Positions 29,285 to 40,275 are shown, counted from the stretch's first letter. The stretch: DNA of 64,000 nt from Lachnospiraceae bacterium (GCA_051877895.1 JBJEJI010000076.1:3671-67670); one strand, 5' to 3'. The notes: generated from the sequence alone by a model not told the origin. Numbers and translations are program-made.

Positions 29285-31168
29285 TTATTTTTTTATTGCC
29301 TTCTGGGTACGGGCTGCATTAAGTACTGCCAGTACCATAACACCCACATCGGCAATAATGGCTTCCCACATGGTTGCAAGGCCCAATGCACCCAAAATTA
29401 AAACAGCAAATTTGACAATCAGAGAACCGGATATATTCTGTTTTACAATCCTGTTGGTTTTTCTGGCAATTACCACTGCATCACACAGCTTTGACGGTTT
29501 ATCATCCATCAGCACCACATCTGCCGCTTCAATGGCCGCATCAGAACCCAGACTTCCCATGGCAATTCCAACATCTGCTGCCGCAAGAGCCGGCGCGTCA
29601 TTTATACCGTCTCCCACATAAGCCACAAAGCCTGTTCCCTTGGTTTTCAGTATCTGTTCCAGCATGGCAACCTTTTGATTCGGTAAGAGTTCAGCGTAGA
29701 CACTGTCGATTCCGACTTTTTTACCGATACTTTCCACCACGTTCTTTTTGTCACCCGAAAGCATTATAGTTTTTGTTACACCTAAGGATTTAAGCTTTTC
29801 TACTGCTGTAGTGCTATCTTCCTTGATTTCATCGGATACAACAATCACTCCAAGAAACCTTCCGTCTTTTGCAACATATACCAGACTTCCCGTCAAGTCA
29901 TATTCCGGTGCTTCAATTCCGAATTTCTGCATTAATTTTTTATTTCCTGCAAGAATCACACTGCCTTCAGAAATGGTCTTAATCCCATGCCCGGGTATTT
30001 CTTCCGAGGTTTCGGCACGATTTGGAGTAATACCTGCTTCCTTGGCTTTAGCTATAACAGATAAAGCAATCGGATGTGTAGAACCTGCCTCTGCGGAAAC
30101 TGCTGCCGACAGGCATTCTGTTTTGTCTGAATCTCCGGCACACAAGATTTCGGTTACCGCAAAGCTTCCTTTGGTGAGTGTTCCGGTTTTATCAAACACA
30201 TAAATTCCCGCTTTTGCCAGCATTTCCAGATAGTTTCCCCCTTTGACCAGTACTCCCTGTCTGGCTGCTGCTCCGATTCCGCCAAAATAACTGAGCGGTA
30301 CGGAAATAACAAGTGCACAAGGGCAGCTGGTTACCAGGAATACACAGGCTGTTCTGATACTGTCGCTGATGCTCCTGTCTGTGAACAAAGGAGGGAACAC
30401 CGCTAACATCAGTGCTGCAATCACTACCACCGGAGTATATATTTTTGCAAAACGATGAATAAAATTTTCCGTTTCGGCCTTATGATCCGATGCCTCTTCC
30501 ACCAGTTCAAGAACCTTTGCCACCGTGGTGTCATTGTATTGTTTTGTAACACGAACCTTGAGCATTCCCTGTCCGTTAATGCATCCTGCGAGCACCTCAT
30601 CCCCTGTTTTTGCACTTCTTGGCACACTTTCTCCGGTAAGTGCAGAGGTATCAATCATAGATTTACCCTCTGTTACAATGCCGTCCAGTGGGATTTTTTC
30701 TCCGCTTCTTACCAGAATAATACTGCCTACCGGAACATCCTCCGGATCAACCTCATGTACTTCATCTCCTTCAACAAGGTTTGCAGACTCCGGTGCAATA
30801 TCCATCATATCGGCTATGGACTTTCTGGATTTATTTACTGCATAACTCTGAAAAAGCTCACCTATCTGAAACAGCAGCATAACGGCCACGGTTTCTTCAA
30901 ATTCCTGTATGGCAAAAGCACCAAAGGTTGCCACAATCATCAGAAACTTTTCATCGAATACCTGTCCTTTTGCAATGTTCTTTCCTGCCGATATGAGCAC
31001 ATCATAACTTACAATAAGATAAGGAATCAGAAAAGCAATCAGACTGATAACCAGAGATTTTTCCTTTCCGATTATACCGGTAAAAAGGAGTATAAGTGCC
31101 ACTGCGTAAAGCACCCCGCCGATAATAATTCTTTGTAAAAGTTTTTTCTGCTTTTTTGTCAGCTTCAT
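29285..31168 (-). CDS. cadA: heavy-metal P1B-type ATPase (Zn/Cd/Pb-type TM signature)
   Basis: 627 aa with CPC in TM4, DKTGT, GDGINDAP, a TM Lys (LIVKFAV) and an ADVG...LNA motif. There is no fused N-terminal HMA domain. Confidence 0.85.
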   Translation of the reverse strand: MKLTKKQKKLLQRIIIGGVLYAVALILLFTGIIGKEKSLVISLIAFLIPYLIVSYDVLISAGKNIAKGQVFDEKFLMIVATFGAFAIQEFEETVAVMLLFQIGELFQSYAVNKSRKSIADMMDIAPESANLVEGDEVHEVDPEDVPVGSIILVRSGEKIPLDGIVTEGKSMIDTSALTGESVPRSAKTGDEVLAGCINGQGMLKVRVTKQYNDTTVAKVLELVEEASDHKAETENFIHRFAKIYTPVVVIAALMLAVFPPLFTDRSISDSIRTACVFLVTSCPCALVISVPLSYFGGIGAAARQGVLVKGGNYLEMLAKAGIYVFDKTGTLTKGSFAVTEILCAGDSDKTECLSAAVSAEAGSTHPIALSVIAKAKEAGITPNRAETSEEIPGHGIKTISEGSVILAGNKKLMQKFGIEAPEYDLTGSLVYVAKDGRFLGVIVVSDEIKEDSTTAVEKLKSLGVTKTIMLSGDKKNVVESIGKKVGIDSVYAELLPNQKVAMLEQILKTKGTGFVAYVGDGINDAPALAAADVGIAMGSLGSDAAIEAADVVLMDDKPSKLCDAVVIARKTNRIVKQNISGSLIVKFAVLILGALGLATMWEAIIADVGVMVLAVLNAARTQKAIKK

Positions 31169-31278
31169 AATTTCATTCTCCTGTCCACAGCCTTTATTGC
31201 ATTAACTTTCACTCTGCCCGGCAATTCCGTTTTCTGCCCTCCGGCACAGACAGAATGCATATCAGACCGCCGTCTTTT

Positions 31279-31500
31279 TTAAATTTCTTCTACCGCAGCA
31301 TCGGGTTCCACCGTTTTTACTGCCTTTTTTACTTCATCAAGAAGTGTATTGGCTATTTTATCATCAGCCTCTACCGTAAGCTTTTCAGCCATAAAATTAA
31401 TTTTTGCGAGTGTAACACCATCAATAGCTGCTACCAGCTTTTCAATTTTTGCTGCACAATTTGGGCAGTCAATTCCTTCAACCTTAAATTTTTTCTTCAT
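31279..31500 (-). CDS. heavy-metal-associated (HMA) domain metallochaperone
   Basis: The ORF track gives 31279-31536. I prefer M13 (MKKKFKVEGIDCPNCAAKIEK...) after GGAGG. CxxC metal site. Confidence 0.85.
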   Translation of the reverse strand: MKKKFKVEGIDCPNCAAKIEKLVAAIDGVTLAKINFMAEKLTVEADDKIANTLLDEVKKAVKTVEPDAAVEEI

Positions 31501-31550
31501 AATTTCCTCCATTCCATGACCCGGTCTTTCCTGCAACCGTACTCATATAA

Positions 31551-31901
31551 TTATTCTAAAATATGTTCCATACCCTGACCGATAATGGTTCTGACGTGAC
31601 CGTCAGCCAGGGAATAAAGTATGGATTTTCCGTCACGCCTGCTTTTAATCAGCTTCGCATTTTTCAAAACCCGGAGCTGATGTGAAATTGCTGACTGAGA
31701 ATATTCCAGAACCTCGGCTATATCGCAGACACACATTTCATGTTCAAACAGACAGAACAATATTCTTATTCTGGTAGTATCCCCAAATACCTTGAAGATT
31801 TCCGCCAGATCCATCAGCGTTTCTTCCTTCGGCATGTGGGGCTTTACTTCTGCAACTACTTCTGCACATACATGCTCTTTGTGTTTTATTTCTTCGCTCA
31901 T
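31551..31901 (-). CDS. ArsR/SmtB-family metal-sensing repressor (CadC-like)
   Basis: The ORF track gives 31551-31964. I prefer M22 (MSEEIKHKEHVCAEVV...). CVC lies in the alpha-3 helix, with a winged HTH (SQSAISHQLRVLK). Confidence 0.85.
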   Translation of the reverse strand: MSEEIKHKEHVCAEVVAEVKPHMPKEETLMDLAEIFKVFGDTTRIRILFCLFEHEMCVCDIAEVLEYSQSAISHQLRVLKNAKLIKSRRDGKSILYSLADGHVRTIIGQGMEHILE

Positions 31902-31957
31902 TTTTAATCCTTTCCGGGAAAGTAGAAACAATTCTGTCACTAAACCCAAAATTGGTT

Positions 31958-31986
31958 TGAACATATGAATAATTGTTCATATGTTT
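31958..31986. promoter_or_regulatory. candidate ArsR-family operator: imperfect inverted repeat TGAACATATGAA-taattg-TTCATATGTTTA
   Basis: Read directly about 60 nt upstream of the repressor start codon. Confidence 0.55.
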
Positions 31987-32144
31987 AATATATACCCTTA
32001 TTATATAAATGTCAAGATATAATTTTTAATTTACAGATTTAATTATCTCATTTTTTCTTACTGGTAATTTTCTATTGATAGTTGTATAATAAACAAGTAT
32101 TATATAGATAAAAATTTTGATTTTGTACTTAACAGGAGGATATT

Positions 32145-33653
32145 ATGTCCCGGATTAGTAATAAAATTGCTTCCCTGGTTGCATATGGAATTAAAAATAA
32201 TCTTTTACTGGAGGAAGATGCCGTTTATGTTACCAACCGTCTTCTTCACACAATGGAGCTGGATGAGTATGACGAGTCTGCTACGGCAACGGAAGAACCA
32301 TTAGAGGACATACTTGCTGCCCTTCTTGATGACGCAGTGGGAAGGGGACTCATTTCCAATGATATTGTTAGCAGGGATTTATTTGATACAGAGCTCATGA
32401 CCCAGCTTATGCCCAGACCAAGCGAGGTCATTGCAGAGTTTAGTTTCCACTATCAGGAAAATCCTAAAGCAGCCACTGACTATTATTATAAACTCAGTCA
32501 GGCTAGTGACTACATCCGTACATATAGGGTAAAAAAGGACATGAAATGGATTGCAGAGACAGAATACGGTCCTCTTGACATTACCATTAACCTCAGCAAG
32601 CCGGAGAAGGATCCTAAAGCCATTGCTGCTGCTTTAAAAGCAAAGGCATCCAACTATCCGAAATGCCTGCTTTGTAAGGAAAATGAAGGCTATGCCGGAC
32701 GGGCAAATCATCCGGGACGGGGTAATCACCGTATCATCCCTCTCGTTTTAAATAACGAGACCTTCTATTTACAATATTCCCCGTATGTATATTACAATGA
32801 GCATTGCATTGTTTTTAATGCAGAGCATACACCCATGAAAATTGACCATGCTGCTTTTGCAAAGCTGATGGATTTTGTAACAATTTTTCCTCATTACTTC
32901 ATTGGCTCCAATGCAGATCTTCCAATTGTAGGCGGTTCCATCCTGACACATGACCATTTTCAGGGCGGAAATTATGAATTCCCTATGGCAAAATCACCTG
33001 TGGAAACCCCTCTTGTTTTCAAAGATTTTGAGGATATTTCGGCAGGTATTGTCAAATGGCCTATGTCCTGCATCCGTTTAAACGGCAAGGATAAAGACCG
33101 CATTATCTTGCTTGCAGACAAGATACTGGCTGCATGGCGTGAATATACTGATGAAGCTGCCTTTATTTTTGCATATACAGATGGCACACCACACAATACC
33201 ATTACTCCTATTGCAAGAAGGCGTGGTGAAAACTACGAGCTTGACCTGGTACTGAGAAACAATATTACTACCGAGGAACACCCTCTGGGAGTTTACCATC
33301 CTCATGCGGAGCATCATCATATCAAAAAAGAAAACATTGGTCTTATTGAAGTTATGGGGCTTGCAGTTCTTCCTGCAAGACTTAAAAATGAAATGATCTT
33401 ACTGGCAGATGCCTTGAAGAACGGCAAAGCTGTAAGCGATATAGAAGAAATAGCAAAGCATGAGCAATGGATAGCAGAGCTGAAATCTAAACACGGAGAC
33501 TTTGTCCTGATGAGCGAAGAGAAAATAAATGAAATTCTCCGCATGGAAATCGGAAATGTATACTGCTCTATTTTGGAACAGGCAGGAGTATATAAACGGG
33601 ATGCTGACGGAAAGGCTGCCTTCCTTCGATTTATTGACACCGTTAATAGCTAG
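32145..33653 (+). CDS. galT: UDP-glucose--hexose-1-phosphate uridylyltransferase (type 2 GalT)
   Basis: 502 aa. The length and sequence are typical of Firmicute GalT (KPEKDPK, HTPMKIDH, GGSILTHDHFQGG). AGGAGG RBS. Confidence 0.9.
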   Translation: MSRISNKIASLVAYGIKNNLLLEEDAVYVTNRLLHTMELDEYDESATATEEPLEDILAALLDDAVGRGLISNDIVSRDLFDTELMTQLMPRPSEVIAEFSFHYQENPKAATDYYYKLSQASDYIRTYRVKKDMKWIAETEYGPLDITINLSKPEKDPKAIAAALKAKASNYPKCLLCKENEGYAGRANHPGRGNHRIIPLVLNNETFYLQYSPYVYYNEHCIVFNAEHTPMKIDHAAFAKLMDFVTIFPHYFIGSNADLPIVGGSILTHDHFQGGNYEFPMAKSPVETPLVFKDFEDISAGIVKWPMSCIRLNGKDKDRIILLADKILAAWREYTDEAAFIFAYTDGTPHNTITPIARRRGENYELDLVLRNNITTEEHPLGVYHPHAEHHHIKKENIGLIEVMGLAVLPARLKNEMILLADALKNGKAVSDIEEIAKHEQWIAELKSKHGDFVLMSEEKINEILRMEIGNVYCSILEQAGVYKRDADGKAAFLRFIDTVNS

Positions 33654-33759
33654 TACAAAAAACTGTAAACTTAATAATGAATATCATATTATTTTGATAT
33701 ATCAGAAACGCCCGTGTCTTCAGTCATGGGATAAATTGATAAGATAACAAGGAGGAGAA

Positions 33760-34341
33760 ATGAATCTAATCAAAAAACTGGACTATAATGCGCCTGTGAC
33801 CCTTACCTTTGCACTAATCTCTCTTTTTGCACTGGTTCTTGCCACCATCACAAATGGTGCCTCGAACAGACTGCTTTTTATGACTTACAGCGACAGTCTG
33901 ACAAATCCGTTAATGTATGTGAGACTTTTTACTCATGTACTGGGACATGCAAGCTGGTCCCACTATATGGGAAATATGCTTCTCATCCTCCTTTTAGGAC
34001 CGATTCTGGAGGAAAAATACGGGAGTCTGAACCTGCTTGAAATGATTGCAATCACCGCTCTTATTACCGGTATTGTAAACAATCTGCTTTTTCCACATGT
34101 TGCACTGTTAGGAGCAAGCGGCATCGTATTCATGTTCATTATACTTGCAAGTGCCGTTAATTTTAAAAGTGGTTCAATTCCGATTACTTTTCTGCTGGTA
34201 TTCATCCTGTATGTAGGCGGTGAACTGGTAGATGCCATCAGAATTAACGATAACGTATCCCAGCTTACCCATATCCTTGGTGGTACCTGCGGAGGCTTAT
34301 ACGGTATCATATATTCTAATATGAAATCCGGCAGACGGTAA
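33760..34341 (+). CDS. rhomboid-family intramembrane serine protease
   Basis: 193 aa with 6 TM helices, GASG (catalytic Ser) and a downstream HILGG (catalytic His). AGGAGG RBS. Confidence 0.85.
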   Translation: MNLIKKLDYNAPVTLTFALISLFALVLATITNGASNRLLFMTYSDSLTNPLMYVRLFTHVLGHASWSHYMGNMLLILLLGPILEEKYGSLNLLEMIAITALITGIVNNLLFPHVALLGASGIVFMFIILASAVNFKSGSIPITFLLVFILYVGGELVDAIRINDNVSQLTHILGGTCGGLYGIIYSNMKSGRR

Positions 34342-34429
34342 AGAGAGTGCCATTCATCCCACCACCTAAAGGTTATGGGTTTTCTGTCTGTTTAACTATA
34401 AAATCATGTGCCATGGGGTACACAATATA

Positions 34430-34478
34430 AGCCCCTTTTATCCGCATTCCTGTTAACAGGCTCCGGAAAAAAGGGGCT
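34430..34478. terminator. hairpin terminator between the convergent rhomboid and module-2 genes
   Basis: agcccctttt...aaaaggggct with an inner palindrome cctgttaacagg, followed by T6 on the plus strand. Confidence 0.65.
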
Positions 34479-34495
34479 GTTTTTTGTCATTATAT

Positions 34496-35131
34496 TTAAG
34501 CAATTACTTCTTTAATCGTTGATATATACGGAAGCATGTGCCATTCGTTTTCAATTTTGTAAAAGAAGAAATCTGCTTCAAGATTTCCCAATTCACTGTT
34601 TCTGTTTGCTTTAACTATATAAGCATCTTCTATTTTGAATTCTTCCCCAAAAAGATTCTCTAATTCTTTACTGAGAGATTTTTTATCATTAAACCATTTT
34701 ACTCCTACCAGGCTACAGGAAGAATCAGAAACATCCCGTACCGAGTCACCGTAAAACTCTCTCATATGCTCTAAAAGTTCCTCTTCATTTTCGGCATGAA
34801 ACATATTGAAAAGAATTTGCATTTCAGAGTCTTCCACATCGGTAAATTCCGGCTGGTTTATTTCACACATAAGAAACCAAGCCACAACCTTCTTGTCAAA
34901 TTCCATTTCAATATCTGCATCCAGTTCTGTATCTCCCTCTGTCAGGTCAAAAATACGGAAAACCCCTTTGTTTATTCTTTGATCGGCATAGGAAAAAAAT
35001 AAAAACAAAGTTACAATCACCATAAAGGCAAAAACTGCAGTCCAAATAACACATGACCTGCGTTTTCTCTTCTTTTCTGCTATTTCCTCTTCCATTTCAG
35101 CAATTCGTCTGAATTCATTCCGATCTTCCAT
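34496..35131 (-). CDS. hypothetical single-TM protein, last gene of ABC module 2
   Basis: 211 aa with a charged N-terminus, one TM (CVIWTAVFAFMVIVTLFLFF) and an acidic extracytoplasmic domain. I recognise no family. Confidence 0.65.
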   Translation of the reverse strand: MEDRNEFRRIAEMEEEIAEKKRKRRSCVIWTAVFAFMVIVTLFLFFSYADQRINKGVFRIFDLTEGDTELDADIEMEFDKKVVAWFLMCEINQPEFTDVEDSEMQILFNMFHAENEEELLEHMREFYGDSVRDVSDSSCSLVGVKWFNDKKSLSKELENLFGEEFKIEDAYIVKANRNSELGNLEADFFFYKIENEWHMLPYISTIKEVIA

Positions 35132-35200
35132 CTGTATCCTCCATTATTACCTGTTCGGTTAAGTTCACCTGTTTTCCGCAGCCTCTGCATCTTTTTGATT

Positions 35201-35878
35201 TTAGGATAATCTTACATCCTGCATGATTGCCCCTTCATCTATGGTAATAATTCTTTTACACATTTCTGCCAACTTTATATTGTGGGTTACAATTACAATA
35301 GTCTGCCCTGCCTCATTAAGTTCCTTAAAAATATTCATTACTTCCAATGCTGTTTTATTGTCAAGTGCACCCGTAGGTTCATCAGCCAGAATCAGATTAT
35401 TCCCGGAGGCTATGGCTCTTGCAATAGCAACCCTCTGCTGTTGCCCTCCGGAAAGTCTGCTTACATTTTTCTTTTCCATCCCGGAAAGTCCTACCTTTTC
35501 CAGTGCTTCTTTTATAATCCTTTGTCTCTCAGCACGTGGAACTCTCTTTGCAAGAAGGGGAACCTCTACATTTTCACCTGCCGTATAGTTATTTAACAGT
35601 GAAAAATTCTGAAACACAAAACTGACATGGTTTTTTCGGAACATTGAAACCTGTTCTCCCATCAGACTATCTACGCTGGTTTCATCAAAATAATACTTTC
35701 CGGTTGTCAGCGTGTCCATACATCCCAATATGTTCAATAAAGTAGATTTTCCGGAACCGGATTCTCCTACGACCGCTGCCATTTCTCCACGTTCTATGGA
35801 TAGATTAATATGATTCAATGCAGTCAATGATTCATGATTTGTTTTATATACTTTTGTTACATCCTCAAGCCTTATCAT
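35201..35878 (-). CDS. ABC transporter ATP-binding protein (MacB/LolD-like), module 2
   Basis: 225 aa with GESGSGKST, SGGQQQR and ILADEPT. It is clearly paralogous to 24499-25167 (shared FRKNHVSF(I/V)FQNF). Confidence 0.93.
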   Translation of the reverse strand: MIRLEDVTKVYKTNHESLTALNHINLSIERGEMAAVVGESGSGKSTLLNILGCMDTLTTGKYYFDETSVDSLMGEQVSMFRKNHVSFVFQNFSLLNNYTAGENVEVPLLAKRVPRAERQRIIKEALEKVGLSGMEKKNVSRLSGGQQQRVAIARAIASGNNLILADEPTGALDNKTALEVMNIFKELNEAGQTIVIVTHNIKLAEMCKRIITIDEGAIMQDVRLS

Positions 35879-35951
35879 TACGCCCCTTTCCGGTATATCT
35901 TACTGATAAACATACCTGACATTCTTCCAAACTTTATATTTAATCGGTTTC

Positions 35952-37121
35952 CTATTCCTTGCTTTTTAGCAGTTCCGTAACCGACATTCTTTGGAAAGTC
36001 AAAACCGGTAATAATGTTGAAACACAAAAGACCGCTATTCCCAATCCTGCTAATAACATTCCTCCATAAATAGCATGTGTCTTAATTACGGTATTTCTGA
36101 CAAAGTCCCAGTACCCATCTCCATAAGTAACAAAGGTATAAAGACATGAAATTGCGTAAGCGGGTATTACCGAAAGCAGAACCCTGACACCATTTTCCAA
36201 CATTAAAATCCTGTTGATATCTTTATGGTCGTACCCAAATGCATATATTACTGCATACATAGGAGCATTCAGAAAAACCGAAGAAATTGCCATTACACAA
36301 ATAACAGCAAAAGTAATTGCCAAGAGAATATATCCCAGAACAATTACAGTTTTTGAAGCCTGAATATCCTGAGCATTGTTTTCCTGAATACACTGATAAA
36401 TACTTTGCATTCGGAAACCATATTCATAATCTGCTGCAATACCCTTCATAGTTTCTTTCAGTTCATCCTCAGAATTCTCCGAAAAGAGGTAAAACTTACT
36501 TAAACTAACTTCCTGACTGATGCACCCAACCATCACCTGTTCAGAAGGAATACTGTCGTATAATTGATTACCATCGGGTGATGGAACAAATAATTGTCCG
36601 TCATCCAAAATGCCTTTCACGCAGTAGATTTCTTCTCCAACAGAGAACCTTGTTCCTACCGGATATTTATCCTCATATTTGCTGCCGACATAAGCAGGAT
36701 AATCCTGCCCCTCTTTCTTGTTTAAATCAAGATCATTTCCTCCGGATGTCAGTTTAAGATAGCTGCTGTATCCGGAGTCCACACAATATATTTCTTTAGT
36801 GGTTCCATTTATTTCAGAAGCATATATTCTGCCCACTGTAATGTGTTCTACGTCTGATAATTCATTTAAAAAATGATTAACGTTTTGAAGCTCATCATAA
36901 AAAATCGTCAATTTAACCACATATGACTGTTTCTGACGGTAATTGGTTGCATCGTCTAAAACTCTATCGGAAATACTATAATCCACATGCATCATAAAAA
37001 CAGCATAAACAAGTGAAAAAGAAACAATTCCCAAAAACACGGTAAGAATAAATAACCCCATTCGTCTTGTCATAACATCTAGTGCAAGTTTCAGAATACG
37101 GCCTCTTTTGCTTTTTTTCAT
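35952..37121 (-). CDS. FtsX/MacB-type ABC permease, module 2 permease B
   Basis: 389 aa with 1+3 TM topology and a large loop. Confidence 0.8.
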   Translation of the reverse strand: MKKSKRGRILKLALDVMTRRMGLFILTVFLGIVSFSLVYAVFMMHVDYSISDRVLDDATNYRQKQSYVVKLTIFYDELQNVNHFLNELSDVEHITVGRIYASEINGTTKEIYCVDSGYSSYLKLTSGGNDLDLNKKEGQDYPAYVGSKYEDKYPVGTRFSVGEEIYCVKGILDDGQLFVPSPDGNQLYDSIPSEQVMVGCISQEVSLSKFYLFSENSEDELKETMKGIAADYEYGFRMQSIYQCIQENNAQDIQASKTVIVLGYILLAITFAVICVMAISSVFLNAPMYAVIYAFGYDHKDINRILMLENGVRVLLSVIPAYAISCLYTFVTYGDGYWDFVRNTVIKTHAIYGGMLLAGLGIAVFCVSTLLPVLTFQRMSVTELLKSKE

Positions 37122-37188
37122 CCGTCACCTCCGGAGAGCATATATTTCAATATCCTCTGTTACAACATCTCTTTTATTCCTGTTCTTA

Positions 37189-38331
37189 TTAATATTCATA
37201 TTTCCGCAGTGCATCTGCAGGAGTGATTCTTTTACTTCGTTTCAGTTCAATAACCGACATGACAACTGTAATAAACACCATAATGCCTACAACCACAAGT
37301 ACCTGAGAAACATTCAAATAACCAAACAAATCAAATCCTTCTCTCCACAAAAAAGTAATAGGTATCTGAATTAAAAACGCCGTCACAAGTGACACCAGTG
37401 CCAGAGTTCCAAGTTTTTTAAACAAATTTTCTGCAAGCTGCCATACACTGTAACCCCAAAGTTTCCGGACAGCAATCTCCTTTTTATGTGCGCTAAACCA
37501 CAGTCCTGACAAGGCAAAACTTCCCGCAAGTGCAAACATTGCCAATGTCATAAAAAACATTTGAAACATTTTATTATTGCTCTCTTCTGCCTCACCATGG
37601 TAACCTCTGTCAATGCTTCCCATTGTGTTTTCCCGGATTCCAAACTTCGTTTCATCATAAACATATTTATACTGTTCCTCAACCGATTCAAACACATTAG
37701 TTTGCTCATCAGTCTCTTCAAATGCTTCAACACTCATTCTTCCAAACTGTGTTCTTAAGCAAGGTTCCATAATTGCTTTCTGCACATTTTCTCCAAGGGC
37801 ATCCGGAGTAGAAAAAATTATTCCTGAGGAATATTCCACATTTAATGCTCCGATAATCCCTGTCACGATGCATTCAACACCGTTAATTAAAATATATGAT
37901 TTATCGTCTCTTTCATATGTATACTGCTCATACTCGTACCCAATGGCAACGGCTGGCTTATTTTCAGTATTTTCACCAGGAAGCGTACCTTCCATTAATT
38001 TCTGAAGCAATGGAATTTGACAATCATAATAAATATATAATACTGTTGTATCTGAGGCATCTGCTTCACTTTCACCAATGTATACCTGTAACAAAAGACC
38101 CCTGTTGGAATCAGAATCATTAAGCGATGAAAAGAACTCATCATATTTTTCCAAATTCATCTCTTCATCATAAATACGAACTGTATTTAAATACCGATAC
38201 AAATATTTTGCCCGAATATTATCCTCTTGCTCTGCATATCCGGCAACGGCAAAGCCATTAATCACAGCCAGAAGCGTCAGTGTAAAACCTATAATTAATG
38301 CCAGATTTGACAATCTGTTTATATTTTTCAT
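37189..38331 (-). CDS. FtsX/MacB-type ABC permease, module 2 permease A
   Basis: 380 aa with 1+3 TM topology. FtsX-type motif KKEIAVRKLWGYS. Confidence 0.8.
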   Translation of the reverse strand: MKNINRLSNLALIIGFTLTLLAVINGFAVAGYAEQEDNIRAKYLYRYLNTVRIYDEEMNLEKYDEFFSSLNDSDSNRGLLLQVYIGESEADASDTTVLYIYYDCQIPLLQKLMEGTLPGENTENKPAVAIGYEYEQYTYERDDKSYILINGVECIVTGIIGALNVEYSSGIIFSTPDALGENVQKAIMEPCLRTQFGRMSVEAFEETDEQTNVFESVEEQYKYVYDETKFGIRENTMGSIDRGYHGEAEESNNKMFQMFFMTLAMFALAGSFALSGLWFSAHKKEIAVRKLWGYSVWQLAENLFKKLGTLALVSLVTAFLIQIPITFLWREGFDLFGYLNVSQVLVVVGIMVFITVVMSVIELKRSKRITPADALRKYEY

Positions 38332-38419
38332 AATCAGCCTCCGCCGTTTTCTTTTCTTCCACTCTGAATTTAAAATTCATATAAGAATTTTATATAACTT
38401 TTTTTATAAAATCATGTCA

Positions 38420-38460
38420 AAAAGACCCTGCCTCCCCCAAAAGGAGACAGGGCTGTTTTT
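38420..38460. terminator. bidirectional-looking intrinsic terminator after pgi
   Basis: aaaagaccctgcctcc-cccaaaa-ggagacagggctgttttt. Confidence 0.65.
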
Positions 38461-38462
38461 AA

Positions 38463-39809
38463 CTATAATCTTTCCAGCAGTTCTGCTCTCATTTCTTCAT
38501 AGCCCGGTTTTCCGAGAAGAGCAAACATGTTCTTCTTGTAGCTCTCTACACCCGGCTGGTTGAACGGATTAACGCCCAGCATGTAACCGGAAACACCGCA
38601 TGCGAATTCAAAGAAGTAGAAAAGCTGTCCGAGAGAATACTCATCCTTGTTAGGAACCTTAACCATGAGATTTGGAACTCCACCATCAATGTGTGCAAGA
38701 AGTGTACCTTTCATTGCGGACTTGTTTACGAAATCTACTGTCTGACCTGCAAGGTAATTCATACCATCAAGGTCAACAGGCTCTGCTTCCAGAACAATTT
38801 CATCTGCAGAATTTTCAAGTTCCAGAACCGTTTCAAACATAATTCTGGAGCCATCCTGGATGAACTGACCCATGGAATGAAGGTCTGTTGTAAGGTCAAC
38901 GCTTGCCGGGAAAATACCCTTCTGATCCTTACCTTCGGACTCTCCGTAAAGCTGTTTCCACCATTCAGAAATAAAGTGCATGGAAGGCTCGTAGTTTGCA
39001 AGTACTTCTACACCTTTTCCTTTGTTGTAGAAGATATTTCTTACTGCAGCATAGAGAACTGCATCATTTTCTTCAAATGGCTTGTTTAGGCAGTTTTCAC
39101 GCATTGCAGCAGCACCTTCCATTAACAGGTCAATGTCTGCACCGGAAACTGCGATTGGAAGTAAACCAACTGCTGTAAGAACAGAAAAACGTCCTCCAAC
39201 ATTATCAGGAACTACAAAGGATTCATAGCCTTCTGTGTTCGCTACATTCTTTAATGCTCCCTTAGCTTTATCTGTGGTTGCATAAATACGCTTGTTGGCT
39301 TCTTCCTTACCATACTTGTCAATCAACATCTTTTTAAATACTCTGAATGCGATGGCCGGTTCTGTAGTAGTTCCGGACTTGGAAATCATATTGATAGAGA
39401 AATCTCTGTCTCCGATTACATCCTTAAGGTGTGCAATGTAAGTGGAACTGATACTGTTGCCCACATAATAAATTTCCGGTGTCTTACGAACAGACTTTGA
39501 AACATTGTTATAAAAGCTGTGACGTAAAAACTCAATTGCTGCTCTTGCACCAAGGTAGGAACCACCGATACCGATTACAAGAAGCACCTCTGAATCACTT
39601 TGAATCTTTTCAGCAGCCTTTTTAATTCGTGCAAATTCTTCTTTATCATAGTCAACAGGCAAATTAATCCAGCCAAGGAAATCATTTCCTGCACCGCTCT
39701 GGCTTACCAGAGTTTCTTTTGCAGTCAGTGCTGCAGCCTTTACTCCGCTAAGTTCGCTGTCTGACATAAACTTAGCAGCTTTTGAATAATCAAATGTTAC
39801 GTTACTCAT
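38463..39809 (-). CDS. pgi: glucose-6-phosphate isomerase
   Basis: The ORF track gives 38463-39848. I prefer M14 ([14 protein letters not shown]...) after GGAGG. It is a ~448-aa Firmicute-type PGI ([11 protein letters not shown]). Confidence 0.93.
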   Translation of the reverse strand: MSNVTFDYSKAAKFMSDSELSGVKAAALTAKETLVSQSGAGNDFLGWINLPVDYDKEEFARIKKAAEKIQSDSEVLLVIGIGGSYLGARAAIEFLRHSFYNNVSKSVRKTPEIYYVGNSISSTYIAHLKDVIGDRDFSINMISKSGTTTEPAIAFRVFKKMLIDKYGKEEANKRIYATTDKAKGALKNVANTEGYESFVVPDNVGGRFSVLTAVGLLPIAVSGADIDLLMEGAAAMRENCLNKPFEENDAVLYAAVRNIFYNKGKGVEVLANYEPSMHFISEWWKQLYGESEGKDQKGIFPASVDLTTDLHSMGQFIQDGSRIMFETVLELENSADEIVLEAEPVDLDGMNYLAGQTVDFVNKSAMKGTLLAHIDGGVPNLMVKVPNKDEYSLGQLFYFFEFACGVSGYMLGVNPFNQPGVESYKKNMFALLGKPGYEEMRAELLERL

Positions 39810-39963
39810 TCTTAACCTCCATTCCGTCGCTTTATTACGCAACGCCAAATTACTTTAATTTTAACACTGAACAAGTATCTGTTCAACTGTTTTTTCTAAT
39901 ATCTGAATAATCTGCTTTCTGTCTGCATACATTGTAAAAACAAATGGTTCAGCGAGACTTGGT

Positions 39964-40224
39964 TTGAAGGATTATATTATAGAGCGTGTCATCAACACTG
40001 CATGGTACATTGTGAATAATAATTCTACTGTCCGTCAGGCAGCGAAACAGTTTGGTATAAGCAAATCCACGGTTCATCAGGATGTTACAAAAAGACTGGA
40101 GAAAATAAATGCACCTCTTGCTGCGGAGGTAAGAAAGGTACTGGATGTAAATAAATCAGAACGTCATATAAGGGGTGGACTTGCCACAAAAGATAAATAC
40201 AGCAGACTTACGCAGGAAAAATAA
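39964..40224 (+). CDS. spoIIID: sporulation transcriptional regulator SpoIIID
   Basis: 86 aa with a TTG start. (M)KDYIIERV...STVRQAAKQFGISKSTVHQDVTKRL...ERHIRGGLATK matches the SpoIIID HTH and basic C-terminal region. Confidence 0.85.
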   Translation: MKDYIIERVINTAWYIVNNNSTVRQAAKQFGISKSTVHQDVTKRLEKINAPLAAEVRKVLDVNKSERHIRGGLATKDKYSRLTQEK

Positions 40225-40275
40225 CAAAATGCGGACTGCTAAAAAAAGAAATGAAGCATACATAATAGTAAAAAA

